This document shows, piece by piece, positions 39,395 to 52,110 of a stretch of DNA of 64,000 bases. Position 1 is the stretch's first letter; every line of letters begins with the position of its first letter. The notes under the pieces were generated by a model. That model did not search any database. It was not told the DNA's origin and saw nothing but the letters and a program-made list of their open reading frames with translations. This DNA is from Isurus oxyrinchus (lineage: Eukaryota): the NCBI GenBank assembly GCA_026770705.1, contig JANJGN010000002.1:179614001-179678000 (forward strand), in the 5' to 3' direction. The position numbers and the translations under genes are program-made.

Positions 39395-41775
39395 CTTCAA
39401 TCTCCATCACCAAGAGTGGCTCGGTAGCACTACTACTGACTGAGCTGGCCAAGTCCTAAATGACATAGTTGTTAGACTGGGTCTGCAGCAGGTGATGAGA
39501 CAACCAAAAAGAGAGAGAAACATACTTGATCTCTTCCTCACCAACCTGCCTGCCACAGATGCACCTGTTCATGACAGTATCTATAGGACCGATCACCGCA
39601 CAGTCGTTGTGGAGATGAAGTCCTGCCTTCACTACCACTGTGCTAAATGGGATAGATTTTGCAAATCAAGACTGGGCATCCATGAGGCACTGTGGGCCAG
39701 CAGCAACAGCAGAATTGTACTCAAACACAATCTGTAACGTAATGGCCCAGCATCTCCCCCACTCTACCATTACTATCAAGCCAGGGGATCAACCCTGGTT
39801 CAATGAAGAGTGCAGGAGGACATGCCAGGAGCAGCACCAGGCATACCTAAAATTGAAGTGCAAATCTGGTGAAGCTCTTACACAGGACTACGTGCATGCC
39901 AAACAACAAAAGCAGCAAATGATAGACAGAACTAAGCGATTCCACAAGCAATGGATCAGACCTAAGATCTGCAGTCCTGCCACATTCAGTCATGAATGGT
40001 GGTGGACAATTAAACAACTCACTGGAGGAGGAGGCTCCACAAATATCCCCATCCTCAATGATGGAGGAGTGCAGCACAACAGTGCAAAAGATAAGCCTGA
40101 AGCATTTGCAACAATGTTCAGCCAGAAGTGCCGAGGGGATGATCCTCCATCTCAGCCTCCTCCGGAGGTCCCCAGCATCGCAGATGCCAGTCTTCAGCCA
40201 ATTCGATTCACTGCACACGTCATCAAGAGACGGCTGAAGGCACTGGATACTGCAAAGACTATGGGCCCTGACAACATTCCAGCAACAGTACTGAAGACTT
40301 GTGCTCCAGAACTTGCTGCGCACCTAGCTAAGCTGTTCCAGTACAGCTACAACACTGGCATCTACCCAGCTATGTGGAAAATTGCCCAAGTATGTCCTGT
40401 ACACAAAAAGCAGGACAAATCCAACCTGGTCAATTATCACCCCATCAGTCTACTCTTCATCATCAGTAAAGTAATGGAAGGGTTCATCAACAGTGCTATC
40501 AAGCAGCACTTGCTGAGCAATAACCTGCTTACTGATGCCCAGTTTGGGTTCTGCCAGGGCCACTCAGCTCCTGAACTCATTACAGCCTTGTTTCAAACAT
40601 GGACAAAAGAGCTGAACTCCCAAGGTGAGGCAAGAGTGACTGCCCTTTACATTAAGGCCGCATTTGACTGAGTGCAGCATCATGGAGCCCAAGCAAAACT
40701 GGAGTCAATGGGAATCGAGAAGGAAACTCTTCGCTGGTTGGAGTCATACCTAGCACAAAGGAAGATGGTTGTGGTTGTTGGAGTTCAGTCATCTCAGTTC
40801 TAGGACATCACTGCAGGAGTTCCAAAGGGTAGCTGCTTCATTAATGACCTTCCTTCCATCATAAGGTCAGAAGTGGGGATGTTCGCTGATGATTGCACAA
40901 TGTTCAGCATCATTCACGACTCCTCAGATACTGAAGCAGTCCATGTCCAAATGCAGCAAAACGTGGACAATATCCAGGCTTGAGCTGACAGGCGGCAAGT
41001 AACATTCACGCCACACAAGTGTCAGGCAATGACCATCTCCAACAAGAGAGAATCCAACCATCACCTCTTGATGTTCAATGGCATTACCATCACTGTATCC
41101 CCCACCATCAACATCCTGGGGGTTACCATTGACCAGAAACTGAACTAGATTAGCCATATAAATACTGTGGCTACAAGAGCAGGTCAGAGGCTAGGAATCA
41201 TGCGATGAGTAATTCACCTCCTGACTCCCCAAAGCCTGCCCACCATCTAGAAGGCACAAGTCAGGAGTGCGATGGAATACTCCCCATTTGCCTGGATGAG
41301 TGCAGCTCCCACTACACTGAAGAAGCTGGACACTGTCCAGGACAAAGCAGCCCATGTGATTGGCACCACATCCACAAACATTCACTCCCTCTTCACCGCC
41401 GACGCACAGTAGCAGCAGTGTGTACCATCTACAAGATGCACTGCAGGAATTCACCAAGACTGCTTAGACAGCACCTTCCAAACCCACGACCACTACCATC
41501 TAGAAGGACAAGGGCAGCAGATATGAACACCACCACCTTGAGATTCCCCTCCAAGTCACTCATCTTCCTGACTTGGAAATATATCACTGTTCTTCCACTG
41601 TCGCTGGGTCAAAATCCTGGAACTCCCTCCCTAACAGCACTGTGTGCATCTACACCACATGGTCTGCAGAGGTTCAAGAAGTTAGCTCACCACCACCTTC
41701 TCAAGGCAATTAGGGATGGGCAATAAATGCTGATGCAGCCAGCGAAGCTCATATCTCGTGAATGAATAAAAAAAA
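39395..41775 (+). mobile_element. CR1-group LINE-A (APE C-part, RT, 3' tail) nested in the Harbinger
   Basis: FNLHHQEWLG, LDLFLTN, TDH, PWFNEEC, ORF 39640-40671 GPDNIP..NYHPISLL..QFGF..KAAFD, FADD, tail ending gaataaaaaaaa. Confidence 0.92.
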
Positions 41776-42682
41776 TTAAAAAGTCATCCTGCCAGGCTCT
41801 GGGAACCCTGTCGTATCATCCGTTCATGTCAGCGGAAAAGCACGCCAATGTATTTCACAGCAGCACGCAGGCCACATTCACTTAGTGGCCCTTGCTTTGG
41901 GGGAACAGCAGTGAGTGAGCAGCAGCGTGGTCCACAGCTCGCCTGTTGTGTACAGGCCTCAGGGGTGCCAGTGGTGGGGCAACTGATGCCTGGCTCTGGA
42001 GGTGACTACTGAGGGGGGTGGGGGAGGGGGGGGGGGGTGTCCAGGGGCAAGTGCTGGCCAGCCTTGAATGCGACAGCTGTCATTGTGGGGGGTTGGAGGG
42101 GGTCAAGTGCTGCCCTGGCACTGCATCCCTTGTACAGGCACTCGGGGAGGGGGGCAGGGTAAGCAAGGGGAGTGGCCATGCATTAGGGACACCTGTATAA
42201 ACTGACCATGCCTCTGCAACTGAGACAAATCAGGCGCAGCCACAGTGATATGATTGGGATCGGCTCTTAGCCTGCCTGTCCACACAAGCAAGGCGGAGGC
42301 ATCAAAGGGCCATTAAGCGCTCAATACCTTTAGCCCCCAGCAGCACCCCCAGCACACACTTTGAGTCTGCCACCACTTTATTGGACCGTGGAGCAGTTGG
42401 GCTGCACACGCTGCACAATCTCCTCACCAACACTGGCCATGTAGCAGTCACTGCTGGAGGTGCTCACAGCCCCTTGCAATCTCAGCATTCTGGTTTGGAC
42501 CAGTGTCCCCCATGTCGCAGGGCAGCCATGCAGCGCACTCATCTCTGGCCACCGAGTGGTGACCAGCACTCTCCAGGAAGCATTAAGGGGCGGTCACACA
42601 GGGCCAGGAAAGGTGCTAGGTACAGCCATGATAATCACATCTCTCTCTCCTTTTCATGCTGCAGGAGGACCACGTCTGGATC

Positions 42683-43925
42683 ATGGATCCTGGTGACCTA
42701 GCTGTATGCCTGATGGCCTTCAGAGACCATAGAAGATGGAGGAGAGAGTGACTGAGGCACCTGGCCATGCAAAGGCAGGAGCAGAAACCCCATGAAGAAG
42801 GGGCAGCAGGGGCTCCCGCATATGGTGCCCAGGAGTGACAGTGAGCTGTGGCTGGTCAGTCCCTAGTGACAACCAGGGTCTATAGACACTGCCTGCCATT
42901 CCTGCAGATGACTGAGAATCAGTGTTGCCGATGACTGCGCATGTCTAGGGACCTGGTGGTTCACATCTGCCACTTATTGCAGGACTTGGCACCAAGGGGA
43001 CATGGAGGGCATCCAATCCCCAGTGGTTGTGAAAATGACCACAGTGCTCAGTTTCTATGCCAGTGGCTCCTTTTTGGGATCCACAGGTGATCTCTGTGGA
43101 ATTTCACAATCCACCACCCGCAAATGGATCCATGAGGTCAAGGATGCCATCTTCTCCATGGCACACAGCTTTGTGCATTTTGCCCGGGACTGGGACTGCC
43201 AGGATATAAGGGCCATTGGATTTGCCCTGATCTCAGGATTACCACAGGTGCAGGATGCAATTGACTGCACTTATGTGGCACTCAGGTCTCCATCGCTACA
43301 CTCAGTGGACCTCATTAACCACAAGGGCTTCCGTTCACTGAACGTGCAGCTGTTACGCAACCACTAGAAACGCATCCTGCAGGTATGTGCACGGTTTCCA
43401 GGGACTGTGCACAACGCCTACATCCTGAGTCGCTCGCAGATCCTTGCAGTCTTCCAGAGTCAACATAGTCTGCAGGGTTAGCTCCATAGGGACAAGGGCT
43501 GCCCGTAGAGGCCGTGGCTGATGACACCCGTGCGGCGGCCTCAGACTGCAGCAGAGCGAAGCTATAATGAGGCTCATACAGCAGCTTGCAACTTGACGGA
43601 GTAGACCAGTTGGAGTTAAAGATGCGGTTCCGGTGCTTGTACTGGTCTGGTGGAGCACTGCAATACAGTCCGGAGAGGATGTCACGCTTCATTGTTGTCT
43701 GGTGTGCCCTTTAAACCTGGCACTCCAATGAGTAGACAAGCTGGCGTAGGAGTAGATGTAGAAACTGGAGGTCTCCTCAGATGAGGATGATGTCGACGGG
43801 GATGAGGGTGAGTGGGTCCTCAATGGTGATGATTATGGGGATGAGGCTCTTGCACTGGCTAGATGAGGCAGGCGCACTCGGGAGGCTGCCATATTTGTGG
43901 AGGATGATGACGACATGCAGTGAGG
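42683..43925 (+). pseudogene. Harbinger (HARBI1-like) DDE transposase, inactivated
   Basis: MDPGDLAVCLMAF start; ORF 43002-43367 LSFYASGSF..GISQST..AIDCTYV..NHKGFRSLNVQ; downstream DKG, WLMTP, YNEAH, KMRFRCL; acidic tail; several stops and frameshifts. Confidence 0.9.
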
Positions 43926-44658
43926 TGTCCCCATAGATCTTCACATCGCAGTTGTGGACATTTGACTGCAGTCTGGCTTATGGCAGCGCAAATACTCTCT
44001 GTGAGAATGCTCCTGTCATGGAGATGCAGTGGAGGCCCTAATAGTTGCTCGATCACAGGAGGATGATGACAACATGCAGGGAGAACACTCCATAGATCTT
44101 CACATAGCCTCTGAGAATATCTGACTCCTGTCTGGCCGAGGGCAGCTCACTTGCACTTTATGATCAGTATCATCTCAGAGATGCAGCCATGAAATTCTAG
44201 ATGCATCTGATGCTGTGTCCGCGTTCAGCACCTCAGCCCTTCAGGAGCTGGTGCACAGCATCACTGGTCACAGATGCTGGTGTGATGGGGGCCAACACCA
44301 CCTTAAAGATGCTGAGAGCACACAGAGAGCATGAGAGAACTCTGTGGCGCCTGCCCACTACATTCTGGCAGCAATGACCAGCACCGCTGAGGTGCAGGTA
44401 TCAGTAATGTTTCCACGGAGTGTGAGGCTGGACCATCACTGCGGTCTGAAGGCTGCACAGAGCACAGGAAAGAGGCCCTAGACTGAGACACCTGCCTTTT
44501 ATCTTGCGCAGAAAGGTTTCACATCTGAGTGACAAGAACACTGCTCATCAGAACAAAGAGCCACAGGCAGGGAGACATTCTTAGGAGTTTATTGACACTG
44601 GTGAACAGTATGTACAAGTGATCAACACCCGTGCCCAGGCTGTGCAACTACTTTTACC

Positions 44659-46330
44659 TCACTTTCCTAACCCAGCCGCTACGTCTTGGTGCTCCCCAGA
44701 CATCCACAGTAGAGGTAGAGGCAGCCTGCTGATTGTGACACCCTGTCTGTGATGACTTTCATGGGCATCCCCTGGAGGGCCAAGATTGGAGGATCCCAGC
44801 CTGCTTTTGGGGTCCTGCTGTGTGGCAGTGGCACCCTCCTTGGCCTGTGAAGCTGGAGCTGCGGAGGCCACAGGAAGAGGTTGATTCAGATTGACCGGTC
44901 ACTCCCAGAGTCACCTGGGTGGATGGCCCCTGTGTGTGCACCTGCTGATCCTCCTCCCTATGGATGTCCAAGGGCCCGTGGCTGACTCTGTGAGCGGAAG
45001 GGACAGCTGGACTGAGATCAAGCTGCCCAGCACCCCTCCTGTGTACACACTGTTGGAGGCCAAATATGGCATCATTGATGGCGTTAAGCCCACGCAGCAA
45101 TGCAGGAGTGACATCCTGGACCAAGGTCTCCATGGCAGCCATCATCCTGCCAGTGTTGACCTTGGTGCATTGCAAACCCGGTGCTATCACCTCAGTCTGA
45201 AGATGGACGGACTCCTCCATCGTGCCTTGTAATCTGAGGAGTACAGCTGACATCCCTTCCTGATATTCCAGAGCTTGCCTTTGCAGCTCCAGCAACTGTG
45301 ACATGACTGAGTCCAGAGGCTCGTCATCTGACTCGGACTCAGCAACGTTCTGGCCTCTAGCAGTCCTCTGAGTGCCGGGGACCTGGGAAGTCCCTGCCTC
45401 CGCTTGCTGTGGATCAGAAAGTGCTATGTGCTCACCAGATTGTGGTCCTGAGGCTACTCTAAAGCTAGGCCCCACCAAGGTGTGTGTCTCTGCGCTGGTG
45501 GAGAGTGTTGGTGAGCACTGTGATGGGACTTCAGATTCCTCTTCAGAGGTTTCTCCAGGACTTGATTGGAGGCCCTGGGTCATGGACTCTGTCGGCTGTT
45601 TGGCAGAGGTGCCTGCAAAAGTGATGGGAGATAAGTAGTGCATGGCAGTGGCCTGTGAAAGAGGACACATCACTCACGGCATGGTTGTCTGATGGATGCT
45701 GCACTGCTGGATCCTCACTTGGTAGAACAGCGCTGACCTCACTGTCAGCACAGGACTAACCACGGTCATCGCCGGCCAGCTGGATGGCTGTTTTTGAATT
45801 GTCAGAAGTTTGATCTCCGTCATCCCTCCACCTGTCTGCAACCTTTCCCTCCTGTTGTGCGCCAGTTTGTCCTGCATGGATAGAGATGGGGAGAGTGTAT
45901 GAGGACTCCTGCCGAGCCAGATGGTAATTATGTCTGGCCTGTGTGTGTGGTAATTGGTCCATGGACGGGCTGAGGACAATGATGGTGTGTGTTAAAGAGT
46001 GAATGATGATGTCCCTTGCACTAGCAGTGAGTGAGGACCCTGTGGATGTGCGATGGGTTTGTGAGTGTGTGAGTTGGGAGTGATGAAAAGAGTGACTTCC
46101 CTCGAGGAACAGAGGAGATCATTCATCCTTTTGCAGCACTGAGTGGCTGTCCTCCTCTGCAGGACTGACCAGTTGCCACTCCCAAGCTGGTTGGCAACTT
46201 TGCTGCCCATCCTGTGGCCAGAGCAGGGGTAGAGCACATCCCGGTGGGCCTCCATAGCATCCAGCAGTCGCTCAAGGGACCTGTCATTGAAGTAGGGGGC
46301 AGCAGTCTTTTTTGCTTTGCTACCGTGTTT
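44659..46330 (-). pseudogene. Harbinger accessory Myb/SANT-like (trihelix) DNA-binding gene, 3 exons, decayed
   Basis: Exon 1 ..LLDAMEAHRDVLYP..RTATQCCKRMNDL (donor decayed at ~46098); exon 2 45871-45719 DKLAHNRRERLQTGGG with AG/GT; exon 3 from 45612, Ser/Glu-rich then coiled-coil-like; minus-strand AATAAA at 44588-44593. Confidence 0.8.
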
Positions 46331-48212
46331 CCCAGGCAGCAGTGGTGAACTAGTGGCGATAAGCGCTTTGTTGGCGGCTGCCTTTTAAAATTGGTGACTG
46401 GCATGATGCAACAGCAGGGTGATGGCATGAGGGTGAATGAGAGCCCGCTCACCATGGAAACGGTGTGTTTCGCGAGAGGGAATAAATAATGAGGCTGGTT
46501 CAGGATGATACGGCCTGAAAACCCACCATTTTCCACGGCGGGTAGGACTCCATTTTACCCGCCTGCTACCGCATTAGTACAATTCTGAGAAAATTCTGCC
46601 CCAAGAACTTAAATCCAGTCCTATATCTTACCCCATATACTTCGCAATATAATAGAATAACACAGATTTTGTTACATACATAGGTAGGAGTCTTCAGTCC
46701 CCCTATCCTACATCAGGATCTGACATCTGAAGAGGCCTTTCCAAGTAAGTTTAAAGCTCCTCCAGCTTTAAGTGTATGTCTCCCATTCCCTCTATCACCT
46801 CTAACACTCTCTCTCCCCTTCACTCCCATTCGTGAAGTGCTAACAGCCCCAGTATCCCTGTCTCTGCATTTAACTTGGACCACCCAACTCTGCCATTTCC
46901 TGCTGACTTCAAATCCTTTTTGAGCATGAATTTGACCAGTGGTGTGTTATTGGGGCCTGGCCATTGGGTCTCCCTCTACTGCTCCTAGACAGGCCATCCA
47001 TTTGCTGGGCCGTTTTTACAAGTGGAAGTTAAAATCCCACCGTAAAAAATAAAATGAAAGAGCACAATGGTGTAAAATTATCCTCATTATCTGAATTATT
47101 GAAGTTACAGGAGGTTGTATTGTATTTAACATGAGCCAGGTTTTTATTTGTAATCAGACACTTTTGCAGCTTAAGTTTCTAATTTCACTCAGTGTGACTC
47201 TCCTGAAGAAAAAAAACTTTTTGCTGCCTCCATGCTGTTACAGTAATTTGCTTTCAAGCATTTTCCACCCTGAGCTGGCTTAACATAAGTTGAACTGAAT
47301 TTATTCGTTGTATTTTTTCCAGCTGATTTATATGAACCCTAGTTCGAGTGTTCTCACTTTTATGCCTGAGTTTCAGCTGCCAAGCATACACCACCATTAC
47401 CATTGTGGTATGCTGTCCCAATTAATGCTCCACCTGACCCTACTTACAAACTTGTTTTTTTGAGAGGCTTGCAGTGAGCCCTGTAAGGTTTACTATTTAG
47501 GCTGCTCAACACCAAGTATTAATGGGTGCAGTGTGTTCCACCCACTGGCACTTCAAAATTGCATCAGGATCCTCTTATTGTCATAGAAACCCGGTTTGAA
47601 AGGGCTCCCCGCCTATTTCCAATGGATGATTAGGCCCCGACTAAAATGACAGCAAACTGGACGTCAGCAGAAATGGGAAAGTTAAGCCCTGTGCTGCTAT
47701 TTTAACCAGGCCACTGCCTCATTTCCACCTGGCAAAGGGGTTGATAATCGGCCACACAATCATTCCTTTATCTTTTTCTGTTGTATAGCTGTTTCTCTCT
47801 GTCACACAAACACACAAATTAGGAGCTGGAGTAGGTCATCCATCCTTTGTTTCAGTCTCGAGCATATAGGAAAACGTTAGACCTCCTCTCTCCGGCCCTC
47901 ACCACCCCCCAGCCCCACTTCCCCATACAAGGATTCTCTTCGCAGAGCACCAACATTTCATTCGGGAATATTCCATCAGCACCCCAGAGGTGGATTCATG
48001 TTACCCAATTTTAATGGTTGGACAATTACTTCCTGATGACTTCCCAGTCCTTTTTGTCAGGAAGCTGGTATGCAGAATGTTAATAAGGCCCAGCTGTTGA
48101 AATTATTTGAGCCTCCCTGGTACTGTTCACTAAGCTGCGTTCTCACCTGTGATTTAAAATGGAGCCCATTAACTCTCAAAGGATTTTTGATACCAGTGGC
48201 TAGAAGCTCCAA

Positions 48213-48544
48213 TTAACTTACTCTTCAATTCATGCTTTGTTCCAATTTTGCTTCACAATGATTAAACATGTAATACATGTTCATCGTTTTCTGTTAATTT
48301 GATCATTTTTATTTTAACTAGTATTTCTGTTGTGATTCATAAAAATTGAGGGTTAGCCGGAGTGCAGATTCTTTGTACAGTACAAGATTAGCAATAACCA
48401 AATGATTTTAAAATGACTTCAAAAGGAATAAGGTTAAACATGTATTACATATGAACATGTAAAACGATGAACATATATTATATAAAAACTTTAATCATTG
48501 TGAAGCAGAATTGGAACAAAGCATGTATTGAAGAGTAAGCTAAT
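48213..48544. repeat. AT-rich inverted repeat (foldback), ~80-bp arms with ~170-bp spacer
   Basis: 48213-48290 is the reverse complement of 48461-48544; a 50-bp core has only 2 mismatches. Confidence 0.9.
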
Positions 48545-50320
48545 AGCTGATGGGTGTATAAGAAAGACTATGTTGAATGTGGGTTATTTTGCTGGGTAGA
48601 AATGCAATTATGCCATGGAGTACTGAGACCTATTTGTAGGAGATTTTGGATATAATCTGTGGAATTTGCAGTGATTTGTTGGAGCATGATTTGCTCTTTT
48701 TAATGAAATAACTCAAAATAGTCGATTAAAATTAGCGGCAAAATTTAATTCTGTAGCCATTGCCCACAAGTGATAATTCTTATTGCTATGGCTTGCTACT
48801 GCGAATATTATAATGAAAGGGAAGATGAAGGTCCTGGATGACTAGAATAATTGCTGATGAGAGTAAAATTGGTGAGAGATGAATAGAAAGAGCAGGCAGT
48901 GCATACAGCTGAGACCTTGTGACAGCAAATCGAAGGGTCATGCCAGCAGAGAGGAATATTGTTATATATTGTACCTGACATTTACAGCTGTATGTAATGA
49001 TGTTTGCTAACAAATTGCACAAATTAGGAAACGTACTATTGATGAGTCAGGCTACTTCATTACATTAGCTTTTTTAGAAGAACTGTCTATACAAATCAAG
49101 CAAATTCATGAAAAATGGAGCATCATGACATATTATTTAGTTACTCATTTTAATAAATTTGCTTTTCCTCAGCACAACAAGAGAATTATTTTGCCAGCAA
49201 GATCTATTAAAATAATTTGATTGATCAGGTCAATAGTTTTTAAAAATTCTGTCATTGTTTGCATTGGGCCCAGATGGCTGGTTTAATATGTTTGTTTTTT
49301 AATGGACAGCCATTGCAATTTTCCCCCTAGGATTTTAATAGCCTCCTGCATTTAATGATAATACACTAATTGGAATACTTTTTTGACTCTATATATCAGC
49401 AATACACATCAGTGACCCTGTGCTGAACTTCACTGAAAATAGAGTATGCACAAAACAATACACTCATTTGAGTATCAGCATGATTTTTGGTCTTTGCCCT
49501 TTTGATTTCTTGCTATTGTCAAGAAACCTGTTTGGTAATTAATATTCCTGAAAATATTTTAAACCACTGCAACATTTTATGATAATTGCTAGAATATTGC
49601 TCAATTTTTAAATAATTTGGAGGTGAGAGTTTCTATGGGAGCTGAGATTTCTCTCCCAGGGCATAAAAATGCATTTGCATTGATACATTTCACTTGTCTG
49701 TCACTCAGAGAGACCCTCCTGGGGTTTTCTGCTACCCTCTCTTAAATATTCAGGTACATTTCCAGCACAATTTGCATCCTGCACTGGGGATGCTGAAGCT
49801 TTTTAGAGGTATGATTTCCTGGTTCCCAGCATGAATGTTCAGGTGCAACTTCTTAAAGCAGCATCAGCACTTCCTAGTTGCTGCAGAGGTAGAAAATCTG
49901 CTTCTGCATAGCCATGAGGTGAGACAGGATTCTGTCAATTCTTAGGGAGCTGTCTTAACTGCTCCCTTTCTCGGAGAGATGCTTAGAAATTATACTGATG
50001 GAATTTATGACAGAGACCATTTCTCTTGAATTTGGTGCTTCATTAGAGATCTTGAGCATATGCCTGGATGTGTATTCGTGGTGGGTGGGGCATAGCATAG
50101 GGCCCTGACACATGAGGCTGGTGTGCCATTCTGGGGAACCTGACCTTGGAATGAATGTACTGGGAAGATACGATCTTAAAGGTGAAGTTGCTCAGAATTA
50201 TCCTTTGGTGGATTTCATAGGCAAGTGGAGCTGACAAAATCTGTTGATTCTGCCTTATAGTCTCTGATCCTTCTACTGCCCCGCTGTTGATGCCCTTCCG
50301 TAAAGATAAAAAGAAAATAT

Positions 50321-50592
50321 TTGCATTTATATAGCACCTTTCAAACACTTAGGATGTTCCAAAGTGCTTCAAAGCCAAAGAAGTGCTCTGAAATGCAGCT
50401 GTTGTTGTACTACAGGAAAGCCTAGCAACTAATTTGAGCACAGCAAGGTTCCACACACAACAGTGAGATAATGAACAAATAATCTATTGAGGTTGAGGAG
50501 TAAAAGTTGGCCAAGGTACCAGAACAAATCCTCTGCTCTTTTTTGAAAAGTGGCATGGAATCCTTTACATCCAGTTATGAGGGCAGATACGT
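50321..50592 (-). mobile_element. Deu-domain (SacSINE1/AmnSINE-like) SINE 3' half with L2-type tail
   Basis: ttgcatttatatagcacctt..cacagcaagg..tggccaagg..tggcatggaatcctttacatcca; family assignment from recalled consensus. Confidence 0.65.
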
Positions 50593-51699
50593 TCTCCCAC
50601 AAAATGATGAAGAATGGAGCAGACTGTTATAAGTCTGGATTTTTTTTCGGACTGTGAAGCAGCAATCCCTCACCACCCCCACCAACACTGCCATCCTTTC
50701 CCCCACTCCCCCCAAATCCCCTGGCAGGCTCCTGCTGGAATAATGGGCTTCATTATATTTTGTGCTGATGTTCCAGGGATTTATACTGGTATCATTAGCC
50801 TTGCCCTCCTGCAAATCATCTATCTAGGGCTGTTCAATCTTAAAATAAGGATGAATATTGACAGATAGGGGATAAAAGACTCATGACTGTTATCAGGGTA
50901 CCTGACAACTACTTGACTGAAGGAAGATGATGACTGCAGACAACTGGGACTAGTTCATGAAGGTAGTGACATCCCTGGTGGAGCCTATATACCCACCTAG
51001 ATATCATCGTGGCCTTGAATTTTCGAGAATCCTGCCGCTTGCTTGGTTGTTTTTGCTTATCCTTTACACGTGTAATACTGCATAGTCATTGGTCCTGACA
51101 AATAATACATAATTTACTTGGTGGATGCAAAAGCATTTCAAAAGCTTACTGATGTCACCGTAACACTCTGTAAGGAGCTGGTGAGATACACATTCAATGC
51201 AAAGAAGAGCAGAACTCAGTTTGCAGGATCTAAAGTGTAACAGCCTAAGAAACAGCAATCTGATAAGTCCAAGAAGCTGCCTTGGTCTACACATACTGCT
51301 TTTGAGATATTGCTGTGTCTACTGCACCCTCCAGTAATGCAAGTGTACCTATCTTTCCTCCTGTTTGAAAATATTGCTCCTCACCTTCCATCTTCCTAAA
51401 AACAAGAGAAATACTTCCGCAAACGCTCAGGGTGAAGTTGCTTATATCAGACAAAGGCTTGAATCACCAGATTGGGGAAGCAGTTGAGGAATAAAATTGA
51501 CCTCCACTCCAAAACAAGACTCAATAAGAATAAAGCAAAAAAAAAAGCAATGCCAAACCAGAGAAAAGGTGATCACTGGGAACTTTCATCAAAAGGCATG
51601 GCTGTACTTCTTTAAGAGAAGAATGGCAAGAATGACTTCTACTCCAACTTTCACTGGCACGATGATGTTGCATCAAAAGCACAATGTATCACAATGTAT

Positions 51700-52110
51700 C
51701 AAAGCACATCCCCCAGATGCATAAGATAATAAGGCTTGGAGCACAGAGTAGTACAACCTCAACAGTTGCTGTAGTGTGTACCAACTACAAGATGCACTGC
51801 AATAACTGTCCATGGATTCTTCAACCACACCTCCCACATCCGCGATCTCTGCCACCAAGAGGGAAAAGGATTGTAGACACATGGGAAAACTGCTACCTGC
51901 AAGTCCCACACCATCCTGACTTGAAAATATATTGTCCTTCCTTCATTCCTGCAGGATCAAAACCCTGGAACTCCATTGTGGTTGTACCTTCACCACTCAA
52001 ACTGCAGTGACTCAAGAAGGTGCCTAACTTCAAGGACAAGGACAAATAAGGATGGACAATAAATGATGGCCTTGAGGGAATTGCCACATCCTGAGACTGA
52101 ATAAGAAAAA
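51700..52110 (+). mobile_element. Old LINE-A 3' fragment
   Basis: TVAVVCTNYKMHCNN motif and family-A tail. Confidence 0.8.

Larger units (their letters stand above)
39025..46601. mobile_element. Full-length (decayed) PIF/Harbinger DNA transposon, ~5 kb net of the nested LINE
   Basis: TIRs gggtggaaatttc / gaaaattctgccc (10/13); 3-bp TSD CAA (39022-39024 / 46602-46604); convergent transposase and Myb/SANT-like genes. Confidence 0.9.
38441..47040. mobile_element. Old TIR element split by the Harbinger insertion (arms 38441-39024 and 46605-47040)
   Basis: Left end gggcagttttatccacttggcaaaaac vs reverse complement of right end gtgggattttaacttccacttgtaaaaac; flanks CAT / CGT. Confidence 0.55.

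Noticed and set aside
42683-46330. Domesticated HARBI1/NAIF1-type host genes
   Set aside because: Multiple stops and frameshifts, and enclosure by TIRs plus TSD, show a decayed transposon copy
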